Assembly (NCBI GenBank): GCA_040285825.1
Contig: JAUPSS010000003.1
Location: 2,604,001-2,668,000, forward strand
Length of the DNA: 64,000 nt
Direction of reading: 5' to 3'
DNA from: Eukaryota sp. TZLM1-RC
Taxonomy: Eukaryota; Protista; Metamonada: BaSk clade
The notes under the pieces were generated by a model. That model ran no database searches, was not told where the DNA came from, and worked only from the letters and a program-made list of their open reading frames with translations. Positions 58,901-64,000 of the stretch are shown here, piece after piece; the first letter of the stretch is position 1, and every line of letters begins with the position of its first letter. A program made the position numbers and the translations under genes.

Positions 58901-61412
58901 ACGTAGAGGAAGAGGAAGAGGCAAGGGCCCTTCCAGCAGTAATAAACGTGCACATAAATACCCACTGTTTACTATAGAGCAAGATAGCTCTCCAACATGT
59001 GATACACCAAAGCAACGTTCCAGCAATTGTTCATTGTTTACAATAGAGCAAGACAGCTCTCCAACATGTAAAACATCTATGAAACAAACCTCAGTCTCCA
59101 GCCAGTGGATTTAGTGCTTAACTAATCCTTTAACTACCCAGAATCTTAAAACAGCTACAACGATCGAAACACCAAATAAATTTTGTTTCAACTATGAGTT
59201 CGACTCGAACCCAGACTCAGAGTCCAACAGCGATATCTTCATGGTTCGCACCCCAGATGTCGCACGCAAAAACTTAAAATTGAATTTTTCAATAAATAAT
59301 TTCGAAATAGAAGGGATCATCGACTCTGGAGCTTCGATATCAGCTATCACTGTTGACTTAGCAGAGAGATGCAACAAGGTAAAGACAAACCATTGCATAA
59401 ACTTTAAGTCTGCAAACAACATCATGTCAAAGTCTTTAGGATCAGCAGAAGGCACACTGAGTTTCAGACTCGGTAGTGTAACCCAACTAGTACATGTGAA
59501 ACATAGCTTGGCCATCATTGCTGGCAACAATACGTTACTCATTGGTAGAGACCTGTTGCATCACCTAGGCTTATTAAACGATGAAGGCCTCTTCATTAAG
59601 ATGGATGAGGAACATCGTACATTACTTCTCAGATACATTCTTGTATTTGTGGATAGCTTCACGAGGTTCATCATCATAGTCCCTCTCAAATAACTCAACG
59701 TTAACCTTACAGCTGACGCTCTCATATGGAAGGTATGTGCGATATTCGGGATTCCATTCATAGTTCATAGTGACAACGGTCCAGAGTTCTCAAAAGCTGT
59801 TTTCGACGCTCTATGTAAGTTTTTGGGTATAGAGGTCTCAAAGTCCGTCCCTCACTTCTCTCAGTCCAACGGTTTAGTTCAACGCCGTCACCGTGACATT
59901 CTGCAGAATTTGAGGAAGCTGCTCATAGATTCAAACGCCTACGATGCATGGTCAGAGTACATTCCCTATGTACAATTGTTAATCAACTCATCCAAGAGTT
60001 CGATTACAGGTTAATCTCCATACGGGCTCACGTTTGGTTCAGATTTTAGCCCCAGAGCTGACCCCGGCAAAATCATAGAGACCCTCAAAAGCTCTACGTC
60101 TGAGTCAACGTATATCAACGACATTCAATCTAAATTTGCTAGATTGAAGAAGAAACAGGAGGAAGCAGAGCTCCGTCAAGCTTCCAAGGCTCCTCCTCGT
60201 GATCCCCAAATCGAAGCCAACCCTTTCTTTCCTGGCCAATTGGTCAAACGAGCTTCTTCCACTGCTAAGTTACATGGTAATTACAAAGGGCCATTCTTAG
60301 TTATTGACACACCCTCTACCTCCACGGCTGATGTCAAGAATCTGTGTACTGGTATGGTAGTTAAAGCCAGTGTGAAGCACCTCCAACCTTGGCATTCCAG
60401 TTTACCAGCAGATGATGAATTTCACTCCTGGGTTGCTGCAGGCGATGCAGAAGAGCATGTGATTCAGAAAGTCCTCAGTCAGGATGGTGACTGCTGCCAA
60501 GTCCAATGGCCTGGCAATCATATTACCACTGAACTGGTTTCGACTGTTCAAAACACCTCTGCTTACAAAGAATTCTCCAAGTCTATATCTAATACTCGCT
60601 CTCGTCCTTCCCGCCGTAAACGTCTTTCTGATAATATTGATAATAATGTTAATCCTACACCTATCAGGCCTCGACGCTGGAAAAGAAGAAAGGGCAGTGT
60701 TAGACTTGGATAATATTTATAATAGTTTATCTATAGTTTATTGTATCATTGCGCCCAAGCGCTTAAGTTGAGGGAAATCCTCTTTCCTTGTAATAAATTA
60801 CTTTACATTTCAGGTATACTATGTGTAACTTTCGCAGATCATCATTTTGAAGGAATCGAATTGCCATTTGTGAATTATGATGATGGTTGTATTGAGTTGT
60901 TGAGAACATTGATAGGTAATGAGGAGAGTATTGCTCAATCACTTAAACAAAAAGTTGAAGCAGCCTTTTCTGAACTCGAACAAATTCAAAATTTACCTTT
61001 GAGAAACGTATCAAATTTTTTGTTGATAGATTATGGATTGGTTCAAAAATTTACCACTTGATTCGTTCCATTCCTCCAAATTTGACCACTCACTATGTCA
61101 AACAGTATTTGAGTAAAAGAACTCAATTTCTGGGTTCAGTACTGAACATGAATAATATTGATGATATTGATTAAGGAATACTTCTCAAAGAAATTTGTCG
61201 TACATTCGATTTCTTATTTGGTAGAACAGAATTGTATTTTCGCTATTGAAAGCCTTTTCTCGTTATGTTAACTCCATTGTGAATAACATTACGGAGTTTT
61301 ATAACACGCGAGTTGCAATGCAAGTGAATAGCGGAAATCTCCCGTCATTCAATTGATGGGGTTTGAGTAGGTAAAAGGTTGAACTTTAAATGTGTCTGTT
61401 CTTGGAATAAAT
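55950..61412 (+). mobile_element. CRE-like non-LTR retrotransposon remnant (family E, RT domain), split by an LTR element
   Basis: DFKNA.NSV.R, GVKQGDPMGPFLFCL and AYMDD at 55950-56421; frame resumes at 60834 (..TSF|ADHHFEG..LL.TLIG); degenerate 3' end with AATAAA near 61407. Confidence 0.85.
56422..60829 (+). mobile_element. Ty3/gypsy chromovirus-like LTR retrotransposon, degenerate, RT/RNase H deleted
   Basis: ~130-bp diverged LTRs (about 56422-56554 and 60698-60829); imperfect TSD (C)TTTT/(C)TTTC; gag knuckle CRFCGIPGHTINEC; protease IIDSGAS..IGRD fused directly to integrase core (VDSFTRF, HSDNGPEF, SNGLVQR); C-terminal chromodomain-like segment; purine tract before the 3' LTR. Confidence 0.9.
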
Positions 61413-61790
61413 TTGACAGTGACAGGAATGTATAATTAAACAACTTTAATGAAAATATTTTGCCAAAAAAGCACTTTATTGTGGAGAACACCTACCTCAC
61501 ACCCAGGATTTGTTCGTTTGCTTTAAAAATTTCTACACGGTGCCTTGTTTGTGAACACTTTGGGCCCAAAAACTGTGGGAATTTTGCCACTTTGTCCCAA
61601 GGTTTTTCCAAACACAGCATAAAGAAGGAATAATTTTCTCATTGGAATAATTAATTTTTTTAAACAGGAACAAGAAAATTTCAGGGTTCATTATTTCAGA
61701 ATTGATGATGTGACAAATTCGTCTCCATACGCTACCTATGTTTAAATAAGCTAATGTTCATCTCACTGGTGCTTTTATCTGTCTTGCATA

Positions 61791-62927
61791 ATGACCACGG
61801 GGCGTCTCACTGATATTCTTCTTTCTCAACATCAGCAGTTAATCACTCCGGTGCTACATGCTTTTGATGACTTCTTAGATGCTCAAGAGGACTCTGGTCA
61901 CACTAGATTTGTAGAGTTTTTTGAACTCTTCCATTCTCTCCATGACACAGAAGAAGAAAAACTCTTCTCATTTTTAACCAAGAGAGACCAAGTGCTCGCT
62001 CCCATCAAAGCTATGCGAGACGAAGTTGCTGTCCTTAAGGAACATCTCACCATGATGAAGTCCTCTGCCTCCGAACCTATCTCGTTCGCCACCCATGCTC
62101 GTAAGTACCATGAGCTCTTCACTGCTCATCTATACAAGGAAAACAACATATTGTATCCAATGATTGATGAGCATTTGTCTGAAATTGACCATCTCATGCT
62201 TACCCCTACCGTCAATCCAGATCAACTCCAAGGTCTCCGTTCCCGTGGTCAGTCCCTCGTCTCTGAGTTTGCAGTCCCTCAACCGTTCTCGTGTCCTCGT
62301 GCTGCTCAATTAGAAGCTGTGGAAAATTCTTCATCTAAAGTCCTAGTCTCTGAACATGTGAATATCAAGACCATGTTGAATCTGTTTCGAAAGTACTGCA
62401 AGAAATGTTCTAGTTTGAATGCTCTATATGATGTGGCATTAGCTGGCAAGTTTTTACGATTCTTTTCTGAATATGCTGATGACGTGCATCATCAAAAAGA
62501 AGAAAAGATTCTTTTCGTTACTGCAGAACAACACTCTTTTCCAGTTAAAGGTGGCCCAATTGAAGTGATGTTGCTTGAACATGACCATAATAGAGAATTA
62601 ATGCAGGCTATGAAGAAAGCACTTGCCAATGATGACGTTTCCGCTTTTATAGCTGCTGGCTTTGAGTATGTTCAGCATTTAACTCAACATATTTACAAGG
62701 AGGATGAAATTTTATTTAAATTACTGGATAGCCACTTCAATGATTCTATCCATGCACAATTGTCCAAAGCCTATGAACAAGTTGATCATGACAGAAGGGA
62801 TAGTGTTGGTGAGTTGCTGAGGTTGATGGGGGAGGTTGAGGGGGTTTTAGGAGAAGGAGAAGGGGTGACAATTGAGTTGAGTTGCGATGGATGTTCCAAA
62901 CAGTTGGAGTGCCATTATAGATGCTAA
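61791..62927 (+). CDS. Tandem hemerythrin-like (HHE cation-binding) domain protein
   Basis: Two repeats with H..EE..LF and H..KE..IL[YF]; second repeat EH..HHQKEE.ILF..GGPI.VML.EH..HI.KED.ILF; Cys-rich tail CDGC...C...C. Confidence 0.88.
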   Translation: MTTGRLTDILLSQHQQLITPVLHAFDDFLDAQEDSGHTRFVEFFELFHSLHDTEEEKLFSFLTKRDQVLAPIKAMRDEVAVLKEHLTMMKSSASEPISFATHARKYHELFTAHLYKENNILYPMIDEHLSEIDHLMLTPTVNPDQLQGLRSRGQSLVSEFAVPQPFSCPRAAQLEAVENSSSKVLVSEHVNIKTMLNLFRKYCKKCSSLNALYDVALAGKFLRFFSEYADDVHHQKEEKILFVTAEQHSFPVKGGPIEVMLLEHDHNRELMQAMKKALANDDVSAFIAAGFEYVQHLTQHIYKEDEILFKLLDSHFNDSIHAQLSKAYEQVDHDRRDSVGELLRLMGEVEGVLGEGEGVTIELSCDGCSKQLECHYRC

Positions 62928-63322
62928 TTGATTTTTTTTGGCCATTTTTCGTTTCTTTAAGATATAAATAGTTATGTTTAAAATATAATTAATCGTTTTT
63001 AACACTGTAAATGAACAATTGAATACAACTTAATGCCCCAATAAAGCTCAAATTTTTGCCTGAAATTGACAATCCAACAAAGAATGACTTCCTCTAATGT
63101 TTGAAATATCAACCACCAGATGATGAATTAAACCATCCAGGTGATACCTGGTGAATGATTCTTCATTCAATCTCCATTAATCCAAAATTGCAAGGACTCC
63201 ACGGAAAAAGATCAAATTGCTTCAGTGTTCGTGGGCCATTGTTAATTATTCAAAAAAGTTTGTGCTTCATTTATCTTGCAATTGTAATTATTTAATTGCA
63301 AATTTAATATTACATTTCGCTC

Positions 63323-63942
63323 AGTTGTTCATGATGCTGTAAGAGATCAATTGTATGCTATGTGTAGAGCAACCATATTGAATCTTTTGTTGAACCACTT
63401 GCGCGTAAATAGTCACCTGAAAGTGAAGATAATAGTACTTTGGGAAACACCGTGCTGATTTAATTACTCCTGGGTCTAATGGTGTGTTCAATGTTTTTGA
63501 AGTTGTCACTGTTGATGTTTGTAAAGAATCAGCAATTAATTTTGCTAAAAAGGTGAAACTCCTCTTGCTTTGCTGAGAACACAATCAAAAAGTACAATGA
63601 GCCTTTATCTCAGCTAGGGCGTGTTGAGCATGTAAAATATCCGCTAGTTCCATTTGCTGTTTCTCTTTTTGGTAACATTGGAATATCTGGTATTAATTTT
63701 TTTGGTTTCAGATTTTTAATGAAGGAAAGAGTAGGAAAAGAGTTGAACTTTAATTTCTGGCACAATTAAATTGTTTTTAGTATTCTTAAAGCAATTCCAG
63801 AAATGTTGACCAAAGCACTGTTACAATTAGCAATAGAGTATGAAAATCGCGCACTGAAGAGATTTGATGATGTTGATGCGTGTATTGAGGATATGAGTTC
63901 TAGATTTTTGTTTAATTGTTCTGTTGGCGTTGGAAAATAAAT
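63323..63942 (+). mobile_element. 5'-truncated family B2 RLE element
   Basis: Homologous to 42096-42668; HDAVRDQL; ends in AAATAAAT. Confidence 0.85.
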
Positions 63943-64000
63943 AGACTGTTTTTTTTAAAAAAATCATCAGAGCCAAAATCATTCAATGACAGCGTGCTAT

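Noticed and set aside
58960-59070. 63-bp-period direct repeat
   Set aside because: Internal tandem duplication within the dead LTR element
458-62122. Numerous short ORFs antisense to or overlapping real genes in the ORF track
   Set aside because: Shadow frames of genuine CDSs or AT-rich noise, with no recognisable motifs
1-64000. Alternative nuclear genetic code (TAR=Gln or TGA=Trp)
   Set aside because: Conserved host genes terminate at TAA (centrin, WDR70), TAG (AK6, Cdc73) and TGA (Dcp2). In-frame stops are confined to TE relics or introns, with one unresolved case at 37167.
1-64000. Naming the source organism
   Set aside because: Features suggest an anaerobic flagellate protist, possibly metamonad-like, but no rRNA or diagnostic marker in the window supports a specific assignment

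Overview
AT-rich eukaryotic genomic DNA, probably from a microbial protist. The standard genetic code is in use, since host genes end in TAA, TAG and TGA. About 20 compact host genes are present: WDR70, a RING/B-box TRIM-like protein, COMMD, AK6/Fap7, BTB-BACK, a duplicated 4-TM protein, two PCMT paralogs, Dcp2, profilin, Cdc73, a La-motif/EXD2-type HNH fusion, a secreted FG-GAP/lectin-like protein, MATE, a TTP-like CCCH protein, an EEP hydrolase, SLAC1/TDT, centrin-3 and a double hemerythrin. There are also two tRNA genes (Leu-AAG, Glu-TTC). Spliceosomal introns are tiny (22-36 nt), with GT[ATG]TG donors and a branch point fused at fixed distance to the acceptor (YTHAY-NNNAG). One gene is intron-dense and contains 9-nt and 3-nt microexons. 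Intergenic DNA is full of mobile-element debris: several families of 5'-truncated RLE (CRE-like) non-LTR retrotransposons with unrelated 10-13 bp TSDs, a young gag-only LTR element, an RT-less chromodomain Ty3/gypsy element, a TA-flanked MITE, a Tc1 relic and two distinct Fanzor1-type (eukaryotic TnpB) remnants. A ~3.3 kb segmental duplication carries a near-identical host gene. All calls come from reading motifs by eye; no database search was run, and boundaries of decayed elements are approximate.
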